A stretch of 64,000 bases of DNA from Camelus dromedarius (taxonomy: Eukaryota): contig NC_087436.1 in NCBI RefSeq assembly GCF_036321535.1, forward strand, positions 40,488,001-40,552,000, written 5' to 3'. Under the pieces are notes generated by a model. It saw nothing but the letters and a program-made list of their open reading frames with translations, had not been told where the DNA came from and made no database searches. The position numbers were made by a program, and so were the translations under genes. Below are positions 39,561 through 52,849 of this stretch, piece after piece; position 1 is the stretch's first letter, and each line of letters starts with the position of its first letter.

Positions 39561-41705
39561 TGATAGTTACCAAAGAGCAAATAAGAATAAGATTAGTGAG
39601 TAAAAGGAAATAATTGAATATTATTTTGTGATGCTGAATTCTCTTTACATGTTTGTTAAATTTTTAGTGGCTAAACACAATTGCCAATATAATGAATTAT
39701 TTTAAAATCATACCAGACATACACAATCAGAAAAACTATCATTCAATAAAAGCTGAAAAGAAGGAAGGGCAGGCACATTTTTCAGATGAAAGTATTATTG
39801 ACTGAAGCAATAAAAACTGTTTTCGCACACTTGCCAAAGCACTAAAAGTTTTCTATAAATCCAGTTAAAGCTGAGAAAATAGACTTCCAAAAATCAGCTT
39901 AATTTCCAACCTAAAATGCTCTGTCTACTTAAAATGAATAATTAAGATGCTTTGTATATATATAATGCATATTTATAAACCTCAGCTCTGCAATTAAATA
40001 TGTAGAAATATACATCAGATTCACTGGTAAGTTTTAAAAAGCATAATACAACTGCTGCTTATTAATGCATCTATGCCTCATTGTAACAAAAAAGGTGACA
40101 ACAGGCTAGCTGCCATGCCTTCCACAAAGACAAAACCACATGCACTGAGGTTGCTCTGGACTTGATTATTGTGTAGTGTTTTCCAGTTCAATCAGCCAGT
40201 TATCAAAGACTCAAGAAAACTTTAGCAGTTGAGGATTCATTCCTGTTTCATCCGAACGTCAAGTCGGAGAAGTCACATATTAGTCTAAACTACATTCTCT
40301 TAAACAGAATGACAGATTGGAACAGGAAAAGCAAAACCAAATGCAGTTGTTGAGTAACAGCATAGCTCTGCACCTGTGATTGTAACCAGACACTTTATAA
40401 GCCTGTATTTCAACCATGCAGCAGTCATCTGACTACCTGCTTCAATATCTCTTGTCATACATTGTTACTCTTCATTTCAGTTCATGTGCTTAACTGCCGT
40501 TCATTTGTCCTCAATTTCTTTCCAACTGTCAATGTGTGGATGTAGTGAAGAAGGAGCCTACACACCCATCAGAGAACAAAGTGATACAAAGAATTACTAG
40601 TAACTTGATGTCTGTAATCAGCCGCTTCGACTTTAACTTATTTTGTATGTAGATTTAATTCATCTTCTATTGATGAATTAGCAACATTTACAAATGCATG
40701 GCTAGACACAAGATGCTAAATTAAATCGACCAGGCTGCAAAATAAATAAATAAATAAATAAAGCTGGCAAAGCCAAAGCTGTTTTGTTCAGTAAATAGAT
40801 TTTTTTGTAATTGCAAAAAAAAAAAAAAAAAAAAAAACCCACAAACTAAATTAGTCACATTAATGTAATTCAACCTTAATTATTGTGCTAAGAGTCTATT
40901 TAAATATTTATGAACAATTCTTTCCAAATGCCTTGTCAGCTCCATCCCATTAAACAGCATTCTGTCAGTGGTACTTTTCAAAAATGACCATTTTCTTCAT
41001 TACACGGCAACTCATGTCACTTAATAATGTGTACCTAGAAGCCAGAGGCATCTGAAGCTGGGCACTTACTAAACTCAAGTCACTTGCCTACCTCACAATA
41101 GAAAGTCAGTAAATGCACAGAGAAGTTAGAACCAACACACCATTCTGCTTGGTATGGAAAGGTGGCTGAGATAATGCAACTGTCAGCTGTGTCAGACTCC
41201 TTACAAAATGTAACATTATCCCTCTCCCTTCACACTCCTGGGAGAAAATGGGAGATGCTGGCTGTCATATATTTGAGATTTATTGCATTTACTTACCAGA
41301 ATCTAATATATATACATTCTGTTATTTTTGCCTGCCTGAGATGAACTATATCATGTGCAACCTCTAAGAGCTTATCAGCCATTATTGTCTTAAAGCCTGT
41401 GCAGATTATTATAATTATTATCTGCACATCAACACTTCTCTGTCTCTGTGTGTATTTTCATTTATTGTCTTTAAAAGTTCACTCCCAAAAATTGCAAGAA
41501 AAGAGTTCAATTCATTATGCAAAGCAGAAAAACAATCTTTGGAAAAGTAACAATTCATTGTGTATTTTCTTTAATCAGTGCCTTGGATTTACAGATACAA
41601 AAAGAGTAAATGCTCCACTTAAAAAAAAAATGTTGGAAATATGTACCTGTCATTAGGAAAGTATGAACAGCAATTTAGAAAGAAAGTTTTTTCTTTATAT
41701 GTACA

Positions 41706-42207
41706 TTTTTTAATTGAAGTATAGTTGATTCACAATGTTAGTTTCAGATGCACAACAAAGCGATTCAGTTATACATATACATAAATATGTATATTTTTTC
41801 AGATTCTTTTCCATTGTATCTTATTATAAGAAATTGAATATGGTTCCCTGTACTGTAAGTAGGTCCTTGTTGTTTGTCTATTTTATATACAGTAATGTGT
41901 ATCTGTTAATCTCAAACTCCTAATTTATCCCTCTCTTGCCCTTTCCCCTTTGGTAACCATAGTTTGTTTTCTATGTCTGTGAGTCTATTTTTGGTTTGTA
42001 GATAAGATTTTATCATTTTTTTTTAGATTCCACATATAAGTGATATCATATGATATTTGTCTTCCTCTGTCTGACTTACTTTGATTAATATGATAATCTC
42101 TAGGTCTACCCAGGTTGCTGCAAATGGCTTTATTTCATTCTTTTGAAATAATGAATAATAATAATAAAAATAATCTGAGTAATGTTTTTTTACTCAGCCA
42201 TAAAAAG
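41706..42207 (-). mobile_element. L1 3' end with a short inverted 5' segment
   Basis: Antisense L1 3' UTR/ORF2 end to about 42144, then the sense L1 piece tactcagccataaaaag at 42191-42207. Confidence 0.9.
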
Positions 42208-43769
42208 GCAAGCTTTTTTTATTAGTTACAAACTATCAGAAATTTCTAATCTTGTTCTTATCCAATACGCCTTAGCAAATAAAGAAGAAAAGTGTATTTA
42301 TAATCTAATATGAGTGATTACAAGTTCAGGTCTGATTCTGTTCTTTAGTATATAAAATACTAAGATGAAGATTAAAAAAACCAAGCTGACTTATTCACCT
42401 CTTTTTTCCTACTTGGATTTATTTTTTCAGATAATTCTCCTTTATTCAACACTGAAATTCTCAAGAAATAGAAATTCTTTGACTAGGAAATAAATAAATT
42501 TAAAGACTCCTAAGAAAAATAATTCCACCTTTGTCTCTTGCTTGACTATAGGAAAGCAAGGGGTGGAAATCCATTTGGTCAAGTTTGGTCAAGTACATTT
42601 TCCGACTGTCGTGTCAATGAGGAGTAAGACAATTACTGTCAAACTCTCCCAGTTATTCTAACATGACTCTGACACATCCGCACCAGTGATTCAGGCTTGG
42701 CTGATGAACATGCACAAATAAATCCATGTTATCTTGGTCATGCTAAGAACACAGAGTTTCAAGCAAGGAACAGTGATTCTTTTCCTCTTTTGTAAAAGTT
42801 GAGTAGTTGGAATGAAGAAGGGGAAACATGTCTTACCTAGCTTTCTCTAAATCTTTAAAATTTTAACTTGATTGGGTGTCAAAGATAAATAAGCCAATTA
42901 TTACAATACAGTGAGATAGTGCTTGAGTAGATAAAAATACAGCAGATAAAGAAAAATCTCTTTTAAGTATCATACCACAGAACATCATTAAGAAAACACA
43001 TAGATTATACCTGTCTCTGATCTCAGTTCAGTTTTGTCCAGCCAAACACTTTGAAAGGTAGCAATCTTAACCTCTCCTGGGAATCAGACACATTCTCATT
43101 GTTAAGCCTATGATCTTATGAAAATCTTTATCCACCTTTTTTACCCACAAATTACTGCCTATACACAGATGTAACCAAACTCCATTATACCACACAATGG
43201 AGTGTTGAAAATGTCATGATGACATCCCATATTTACTTCCATTGATTTCCCATAGCAACATTTTCAAAACTTAACTTAGTGTCTTGTATATTCAACATTT
43301 GGCACCAAAAATAAATATTTTCTAATCAAAACTAAACTGGCTTAGAAATTTGGTCAGCATGTCTTGAAGCAGATTTGAATTCAGTTTCAAATCTCCTCAG
43401 CTAAATTCATATGTGCAGCTGAGAGCTCTAGAGGTATATTTGGTCGGTAATTTAAACACAAGCGACACAGAAAACAAAGGACACAAATATGTATTCTTTA
43501 ATACATAATCAGTTTTCTGCTTACATAGAGTTTACTATATTTTAAACAAGTATGAATGTACAGATAAAAGAAAAGGTAATGTTTATACTTGAAATGGATT
43601 TGAATTTCAGATTTAAAATATGTTAACAGCTGAGCAAGCTAATTTATTTTATAGTCAATTATAAAAGAATTGAATATTGTTGTTAAGGTGGCAATTAGTA
43701 GTAATTATACAATCCCTAGCATATGCTCTGCCTCTTAAATGGGTTGTGAGTGCAGCTTCAGTTATATAT

Positions 43770-43990
43770 TCTAGGCTTTATTTGTGTGATGTGTTTCAGT
43801 TTACAAAAAATTTATACACATTAGTTAAAACAACCATTTCACCCTAAGGCAGGTATTATTTTTCTTATCATGCAGATGGGGAAACTGGCTTAAATATTGA
43901 ATCCAAAACAACAAACCCAAAGACCCACAATACCTAAACTCAATATCCTACAATAAATGTTAAGTTTTTATTGTTACTCTTAACCACACA
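43770..43990 (-). mobile_element. MIR
   Basis: aaggcaggtattatt...atgcagatggggaaactggct...actcttaaccac. Confidence 0.65.
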
Positions 43991-44110
43991 AAGTGGTCCA
44001 AGTTTAGACACATAAATTGCAGAACAAATGTTCCGTTGGGAATGGGAAGCATAGCTTTGGAGCACAGAGCAGTGGTCAGGACTCATCATGTAGATTTTGT
44101 ACTTCTTTGC

Positions 44111-44330
44111 TTTTTTTTTTAAATATATATTTTTATTGAAGTACAGTCAGTTTACAATGTTGTGTCAATTTCTGGTGTACAGCACAACACTTCAGTCATA
44201 TAAGAGCATACACATACTCATTTTCATATTCTTTCACCATAAGTTACTATAAGACATTGAATATAGTTCCCTGTGCTATACAGTATGAACTTGTTATTTA
44301 TCTATGTTTTAATATATCAGTATCTGCAAA
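44111..44330 (-). mobile_element. Young L1 3' end
   Basis: tttttattgaagtacagtcagtttacaatgttgtgtcaatttctggtgtacagc. Confidence 0.93.
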
Positions 44331-45195
44331 CCTCTCTGAATCTTCATGACACTTATGAGTCTATCCTGGAGATGAAAGATGTGGGCAATTTCAGTGTGTA
44401 ATATACAGAAATAGGGGGAGGTGAGGGTTTGAGTGTAAAGTTTACTGTTTGATACTCAGATTAAACTGCTTAGAAGAAAATTTGTAAAGACAGTAATAAT
44501 ATTACTTTCCTTTTATGCATATGTGAAGTAGATTTAAAATGAGCTGAAAGAAGAGAAGAAAGTAGAAAGGCAAGACAAAGTGAGGAAGTATGTGCATGAG
44601 TCACAGCATTTCAGTGTAATCAGAAAAGCGTGGTCTTTTCATTTGTACTGATGTGAATTCATAGCCCATAGGAAACATCCATTTTAACAGTGCTTTCTAT
44701 TTTCTTTTTCTTTTATGCTATTCTTAGTCTCTGTTGGTATATGAGAAATAAAATGCGTTTTTAAATTTTTAAAAAATCAGTCTGGTTTGGTCACATCTTT
44801 TAACTTTTTCCTGTAAATTATTCCTAGTACATCAAATGAAAAGAAGATATAGAATATCTACCATCTCCAAGACTCCAAAATTTTGTTTCAGATATAATTT
44901 AATTTGATAGTAGTTGTTATTCTAAGAGACCAAGTACTTTAAAAAGTCTTAGACATCAACTTCTTTCTCTAGATACTATAGTTATGTACTCAAATCTACA
45001 TTATTAAATGTAAAATGCTGTCCTAAGAGGTGGTGGTCTGTCATTGTGCAGACACTTCCATTGTGGTGGACAGTTGCTATCAGTCTCCAACTTCTAGGTC
45101 TTCTGCTGAACCAGTGATATAATCTTGCAACTGATATGATCTTCCCTGAGCCTTAATTGCCGAAACAACATATAACACTGATTTCAGTCACTAAA

Positions 45196-46040
45196 TTTTT
45201 TTTTTTGGTAAATAAAGTTTATTCTAGGAAGAGCAACTCATTGAGGGATAAAACTGTTTTAAAATTTACATATATGTACTGTTTATTGTTTTTAAGAACA
45301 GTTTAGACTACAGCTTTTTACACACATGTAGTTATCAAAGGAATAAAGCAAACCACAAAATAAGAATCAACAGAATGCAGTAATCCAATCATAAAGGACA
45401 GTCAAATGTGCTTACACATATTCAAGAAATCAGTCATCCAGATTATAAATAATAAGTAGTTTATTTGTGTCCTTTTTTTTTTTTTTAAGATTCCACATAT
45501 AAGTGATATCACATGGTATTTTTCTTTCTCTTTCTGGCTTACTTCACTTAGAATGACGATCTCCGGGTCCATCCATGTTACTACAAATGGCATTGTTTTA
45601 GTCTTTTTTATGGCTGAGTAGTATTCCAATGTGTGTATATGTGTGTGTATGTATGTATCTTCTTTATCCAGTTGTCTGTCAATGGACATTTGCATTGTTT
45701 AACTTTTTGAATCAAACTGAGTTGAAGTGGAAGATTAGAAAGGAGCTGATACCCTGCTCTTCTGAAGCAGTTTCTATACTAAGAATGTAAGTGCCGTAGT
45801 CAGTGACCATGCTGTAGAAATCATACTTCCTCAGAATTTGAAAAAGCATAAATAAAAAAGAGGGAGGAAGAAACCTGCTGCTTTTAGTAAAACTGTTGCC
45901 TGAAGATAGCAATTCACTACCCTTGAAGAGGTGAGACCCTGAAGGTGAGAAACTTTATTTACCATCTCTCTCTCTCCAAGGGAGAGCCAGAAGGAAAGTA
46001 CAGAAAAACATGAAATAGTTGAATGCAGAACATACATGAA
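45196..46040 (-). pseudogene. Probable processed retrocopy of an mRNA 3' UTR (parent not identified), interrupted by L1
   Basis: Poly(T)11 at 45196-45206 with minus-strand AATAAA (45218-45223) 11 nt from the tail; non-repeat, U-rich UTR-like body. No TSD found and the 5' limit is uncertain. Confidence 0.5.
45455..45700 (-). mobile_element. Young L1 fragment (ORF2 C-terminus) lacking the distal 3' UTR
   Basis: ORF 45402-45695 contains EYYSAIKK..MPFVVTWMDPE..ILSEVSQKEK..ISLICGI. Confidence 0.93.
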
Positions 46041-46354
46041 GAAAATAAAGATATCAGGCAGGAAGTCAGTTGTGACAAGGTCAGAAGAACAGCAATGTAA
46101 ATAGAGTGCAAAATATCAAATACACTCTAAGGAAACGTCCCAGAATGATAAAAAGAGCCAACCAGCAAACCTGGGACTACTCAAGAAACAAATCACTATG
46201 ATCAAAGTTTTCATGACTTATTAAAGTTTCTAAAGTATAAAAATGACAATCTAAGTATCTTTAATTGATGAGTGGTGTCTCTATGAGGAATAATTTTTCC
46301 TTCTTCAGCTATCTGACATTCATAGCAAAAAGGATTCTATTCAAATTTCCATTC

Positions 46355-47820
46355 AACTTCCAGTTTCAGCTCTAACATGGAGCCCTTAGATATCACCACT
46401 CTGGTCCTTACAACAATAGAGAGCTGAAAAAACTGGAAAACTGATTCTGCTTCTTGGATCACCCTGGAATCTGGAGAGAGAGGCAAATACAGAGAGAGAG
46501 AATTATTGAGATCTGCTTACCTAGAGCAGAAGACATTGGAGCTATATAATAGGTAGGAAAGCATAAATGGATAGACTAAGGAATTGCTGGGGGATGATTG
46601 AGACTAGTATGATAATAAGCACATCTTGGGGAACACAGTCTTACAGGTCTTCACGTGGATTATGGATTACCTCCAGGAACTTCAGCAAATCCTCAAAATG
46701 AATATTCAAAAAAAGATCTCATGGCTCTGGCTGGTGTAAGTGGAAGAGTAACCATTGTGGAAATAAACAGAGCCTGTAACATTAAAAGCAGGAAGAATTG
46801 TACATAAGCACTGTACTCTGGCTGATAAAGTTGGTTTCTGTGTGTGGAGAAGTTAATAATTTTGAAACAACTGTATATGTATATATACTGGAATTGAACA
46901 ATTAAATAAATGGTTGGTGGATAATGAGAGTCAAGTTTCTTAGAGTAGATAGAGAGGTTACATACAAACCAGGAGAAAAGGCTGGAATGACCCATGTGGC
47001 AATGGATTAGAATTGGAGAACAGAGGAACTTACACTTAATATAGATATAAATGATTATACATAAACATATTATAAACATATGCACATACACATGTGTACA
47101 TAGAGCTTATTATATACATTTATGTGTACATGTACACGTATATTTCCTTGTTCTGTTGGTTGAGAAGGCCTAATAGTAAAAGTACCCCAGTAGCAATAAG
47201 CATATCGTTCTGGACCTTGGTTCCTAAGAAGAAGAGACCTTTATTCTCCAATAAAGGAACCAGGGCTCCTTGGAGAAGTAGCTAATTCTAAGACTGGTCA
47301 GGGACTGTACCAAATGACCCTGGGCATCATTTTGTGCCAGAGAGTAAGAAAGTACACAGCAAACAGACAATGAAAACAGGAACAACAAAATCAAACCAAA
47401 CAAAATGCCACAATGAGGAATATGTCAGAAGGACACATGAGCCAACTGAAAGAGCTACCCAGGGTGAGTGCTGGAATAATTTGAGTAGCAAAATTAATTA
47501 CATAATATTGGATTACAGCCCAGTATAAAATAAATATCCATGAATTCATACCGATACAAATGATTGAATTACTAAACGGATAGGAAAGAACAGACTAATG
47601 TTCCATTTTTCCCAGAGAAGAATTCCAAATAACTTGTATGAATACTATCTCTTCAAAGAGCTGACATATAACCCTCCAGTCTTTAATCATAGGCTGCACA
47701 TGACTTTTTTTGAAGAGTACACTATGCAGGTCAGTAAAAGTAACTTCACAGTGGAGAAACTTGACAGTCACCAGCTCAGTGAGGTGATCAGCGTTAACAT
47801 CAATGGTGATATTCCATAAA
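46355..47820 (+). mobile_element. L1MD/L1MC-like element with 5' UTR joined to 3' UTR
   Basis: 46355-46785 matches the 5' UTR copy at 24300-24700. 46800-47820 has 3' UTR motifs aaaggaaccagggctccttggagaa and gtaacttcacagtggagaaac. Confidence 0.7.
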
Positions 47821-49592
47821 AGATGCTAACCATTGCATGTGTGTGAAGAGTTAAAAAATAATTTAATTAAATGAAAATATTTTGCTGGAGCAATAAAACT
47901 ATGATGTAGGAATTTTGAATTCCTCTATTTAAGACATTGCCTCAAAGACAAGTAATATAGTCTAGAAATTGATAAATTTTCTAATCTGTATTCTTCACTA
48001 CACAGGGCTTTGTCCTCCTTTATGAAAATTAGGACAGGATTTGTCCACTTTGGATGTTTTTACAACTTACCCATTCTCAATAATTTATGAAAGATAAAAA
48101 AATGGCTCTACTGTCAATCCAAAGATCAGGCTTTTAATTACTTAAGCCCATGAGTTTCTTTTGCTCCTTAATCTCTCTGTGCCTTGGATAGTGATCATGA
48201 TATTGCAGTGCTGCACTAAGAATCTGTGAGAATGTTTCCATTGTAGTCATACTCGCAAATACATCTTAAACTTTTCCCTCAATAAAATAAAACAGACTTT
48301 GTTTTCAGGGAACGTACTGAGTCAACTTCCGTAGTATCTTAAGAATATCTACTTTAAGAAATTCTACATAGTAAGAACTTCTCTAGGTATAATGCTTGTA
48401 TGTCTTCTGCATTTTTCAAGTTATTGTGGCCATTGCTTAAAATGTTTGAAGATGCTAAATGAGTCATTTATTAAATTCATTCAATAGTGTGAGTAACACA
48501 GTTTTCCTACCCCAACAATTTTAGACATTAATTATGTGATGACTAGGACATTATTTCCAAGTAATTTTTTAGTAAGGAATTACTTCAAGCTCCATCTTAC
48601 AATATGGCAACTGTAAGATGGACCCTTACTAAACAGAACAACTCAATTAGTCCTGCCTGTTTAAAAAACATAGTTTATCTGCCTGAGGAATAACAGACCC
48701 ATCTCCATGTGTGACCATATGTGACAAGGGGGCTGAGGTTTTCAAAGGGAAGAAGGTATTCTTATCCTACTTCAAGGCCCAGTTTCTCTTTTACAGGGGC
48801 TACAAAAAAATTGGTTTATCATTGCCTTTACAATTTTAAATATTTTAATATTTTAAAATATTATCGGTAATTTTGGTATAACAAAAAGAGGCATTATGTT
48901 CCTTAGCATGGGGCAGTTTTGATGTATAAATAACAAATGTGGTAAAGTTGAAAAGATAATGAATAGGTCACTGAATATGTTTTACCAATTTTTACTTTGC
49001 CCAGGAAAAAAGAAAAATTAGACATATAGTCATTAAATCCTGTTAATAAATTAAAGAATAACAATCACTGTCATGAAGCACAAATTATATTTCATAGCGT
49101 CTAAAGATTTGAATGCCTCAAGAGAAAATAAAACACAAACTCATAAATCTGTTCTTGATATCAAACATCTGCAAAGCTTTTCCAGGTTGTATATAAACTA
49201 ATAATGCAGTTGTGTAAGCACAGATGATGATTAACTAAATGTATTTTTCTATAAAGAACTACACGTTAAAAAAATCTTGCTTGCAAAGTGAAGAAAAACA
49301 AAACCATAGCCATAGATTTCTTTAAAATCTTTTTCTTTTTTCAAAACAAAACAGTATTTCTAAAAGAAGCATGCCCTGCTAAAAAAATCAATTTACTGTG
49401 TCAGCCTACTGAAATAATTCACTTGTCTAAAATGATGACATTTTATTAGGCAAATCACAAAGGTCTATTTTTCACTCTTCTCCCAAGTTCTAAAGAAATC
49501 AAAATGAATATATTTGAGTCAGTATTGCCTACTTACAGCCTGCTGTGTTATTTATACAACTAGCATTTTAAATCATACTCCAGTCAAGGCTT

Positions 49593-49720
49593 GGGGGGTA
49601 GGTTTAGCTCAAGTAGTAGAGTGCGTGCTTAGCATGCACAAGATCCTGTGTTCTATCCCCAGTACCTCCACTAAATATAAATGAACCTAATTAAAAAAAA
49701 TAACAATAATTAAAAAGTCA
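49593..49720 (+). mobile_element. Vic-1-type tRNA SINE
   Basis: ggggggtaggtttagctcaagtagtagagtgcgtgcttagcatgcac...ccccagtacctcca; direct repeat taaatcatactc at 49569-49580 and 49721-49732. Confidence 0.92.
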
Positions 49721-50739
49721 TAAATCATACTCTGATCATATCAGGAGGTTGAGAAAAGAATAGGTTGACTTAACATATTCTGGAGTATCTGATATTAAAT
49801 GTAATGTTCAAGATCTGAATAATTTCTTAATTTTCGATGTGTAAGTTTCTTTCAATAGGATCTTTTCAGCTGCTGTCTTTAGTAAAAACAAAACACATCC
49901 AAGTCTTCATCAAAGCTTCTTCTCATTCAACTACACAGTTTGAAATTGTTCTTTTTGAACCTGATATATCACAGGAAAAGATAAGTCAATTTCTATAAAA
50001 AAACTATTGGACTTTAGAGAATGAATCTATTTGCTCAGGGTTTAGTACTATTGATATTCTTTAATTAAATTTCATTTACTTGGGAAGGCGGGTTGAGGAC
50101 ACTAATATAACTTTTTTATTTAATTGGGAAACCAGGTATAGCATAGCTGTGATGTTATAAATATTGCCTGTTTTATATTGCCAGACAGTGTTCAGTAGAA
50201 TAATCAATAACAAAACCTGCATTAAATAACATCATGAATAAACATTCATAATGTTCCAGTCTGTGTAGAAGACTTTGTGAGATAATACAAAGATCCAAAA
50301 TTTCAGAACCAAAAGGAAAGAAAAAAAACACAAATAAACAATAGTGAGTATAAATGAGCTCTTGATGAAGAAGTTGGAAAGTATAATTCTTTAAAAGCCT
50401 GTATTATGTAACTTTTACAAAGCCAAGGTTTATGTGTTTCTCTTTACTTTTTGGTATTTAAGTCCAATTTCACATGCAGTTCCAAATAATTTATTAATTT
50501 TATTACCAAATAATTTCAAAGGAAAAGAAAATTTGCAAGAATCATTAGAATCAGACCCACTGTAACTTCTCCACTTGTCTCATTTGCTGTATCATTTTCC
50601 CTCTTTCTCCTTGTGGTTTACAATATGCATCACACTTCCTTACCTCCATTGTTTCTTCACTATGTCCCTTTTGCTTGAAAAGCCCTCCCTCCTATTCTTC
50701 ACTTGGATAACTCAACCCTCACCCCATTGATTAAATAAA

Positions 50740-51330
50740 CATCTACTTAGTAGTTAATATCTGCTAAAATATTATCAGCTCTAAGCATTAAATACTAGGA
50801 AAGTAGACCTAATATAAGTTTTCATGAGACTTAAAATCTTGCTGCAAAATATAGTCAGTTATCAAGTTATAATCATTACTTCAATACTCTGAGATCTGTA
50901 CTTTGAAGAGAAAAGAACTAGGTCCTACATTCATCACATACGACAGCCTTAAATTGAGATCTAGGGGGTAAGGGAAGGCTAACCAGTAGGAGTTCAGTAT
51001 AAACTAAGATTTGATGAAATAATTAGCCAGACAAATTGAGACAAGAACATTCAAGCAGTGTGAACAGCATATAGAAGTAAGTGTGTGTGAGGAAAAATTA
51101 TGTTGTATAAGAAAAGAAAGTAATTTAGTTTGCCTGGGACATAGATTGTGTGTTGGGGTGGGAGGGGGGTAGTGCAGCAATGGAAACAGAAGATTGGAAA
51201 GCTAAGCTCATTCCACAATCTCTATTTTAAAGAATTTTGATGTCATCTTTAACCTATTGGGGAGCTATTGGTGGGTTTATTCTGGGAAGCCCAATTTTTG
51301 AAAAATCAACCAGCAACCATATGGAGAATT
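50740..51330 (-). mobile_element. L2 fragment
   Basis: aaactaagatttgatgaaataattagccagac...aagaacattcaagcagtgtgaacagcata...attggggagctattg. Confidence 0.6.
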
Positions 51331-51737
51331 CCAAGATGAGCTTCTCTTAGAAAATGCCCTAAGGATGTCATCTCCAAATAGTAGTGTCTTTGAAAATTTT
51401 GTAACATCTCAGTGGCAACTAGTTTAGTGTCTTTCACAGTAGTTGCTTAATAAGTATTGCTTGCTTTTACAAAATTGATGAAGTACATGACTTATTAAAT
51501 TTACTAATTTAAGGAAAATACTCTTCTTTGTTGTTCAATAATCCTTTTCTAATAAAATTAGGATATTGGAGAGGCAGAAACATTGATTAAAATGACAATG
51601 ATTTTGATTTATTTGTCAAGTATTAAATAAATGGTTTTGTTTTCTGGGTGAATTCGTATATTGGCTTTTTCTTTTGTTTTGTGTCTTTGAAAATAGTTGT
51701 AGACTACATTAACACCCTCAAATTCAAAAGAAACCTT

Positions 51738-52324
51738 TACTGGTTTTCTTCGCTACCACAAACTGAACAACTTAAAACAAAATCCATTTATTCGCTCACA
51801 GTTCTGTAGGTCAGAGGTCCAGGCAGACTTGCTTAGATTCTCTGCTTAGGGTCACACAAGGCCAAAATCAAGTATTAGCCAGCAAGGGGCTTTTACTTGG
51901 GAGCAGAGGGGAAGAATCATCTTCCAAATGCATTCAGATTGTTGGAAGTATCCAGTTTCTTGTAGTTCTGGAATGAAGGTCTTTTTTCTTGCTGGCTGTC
52001 AATCAAGAATAACTCTCAGCTCCTAGGAGCTGTTTTCAGGTTATTTACTATGTGGCTACCCCCATCCTCAAAGCAAATCTTGATCTCATTTAGAAAACCT
52101 CCGTTTCCCCTATTGCTATCAGACTGAGAAAAAGCTCTGCTTTTAAATGGGTCATGTATTTAGATTAGACCCACTAAGATAAATTTCCTTTGATTAACTC
52201 AATGTCTCCCAAAATATCTTCCCATGTTAACACAACATAATCATGTCATGATTTCTTACACTTATAGTCCTGGATTTAGGGTAAGACATCCCAAAAGGGC
52301 CATTTTATAAATCTGACTAGTATA
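51738..52324 (-). mobile_element. MaLR solo LTR (MLT1E-like)
   Basis: taccacaaact...atttattcgctcacagttctgtaggtcagaggtcc...ggggaagaatc...attcagattgttggaag. Confidence 0.85.
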
Positions 52325-52849
52325 GAAAGAAAAAAATTAAAATTAATCCATCTTACTTCACATATTAGGTGAGATTAGATAGTTCACTATAAAAGCATAA
52401 ATTGATACAAATTTATCTTTGAATTTTCATGTGAGTCAAAGATCTCAGACTAGAACTGAACTAAAAATAGTTTCGATTCTGTTTTGAGTAAAAGCATTAA
52501 TATTCCTTCATACAAGCCTCTTGTTTGATTAGCACTGTCTCTGCAATTAACATTTCCACTTACTAATTCTAGTAGATGGATCAATGAAGGAAGTAACGGT
52601 ACAATTAATTTGCTGGCTTCCGCAGACTACTTCCTGAAAATCTGAACCGCACTTGTGCTACACCTGTCAGGAACTCAAAGAAATGCTCCAATTATATCAC
52701 TTGGTATTGTGAAAGCTTTAATCACATCATGACCGGTAGGCTGGTGACAACACTTTTGTTAGTTTTTAATATCGTATATACATACAAAAGTTATCATATG
52801 CATTTATCACAATACCTGGCACAGAAATGTATGCAAAATGGGTGACAAA

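Noticed and set aside
42695..42790. C/D-box snoRNA starting at tgatga
   Set aside because: No D box (ctga) or terminal stem at a suitable distance.
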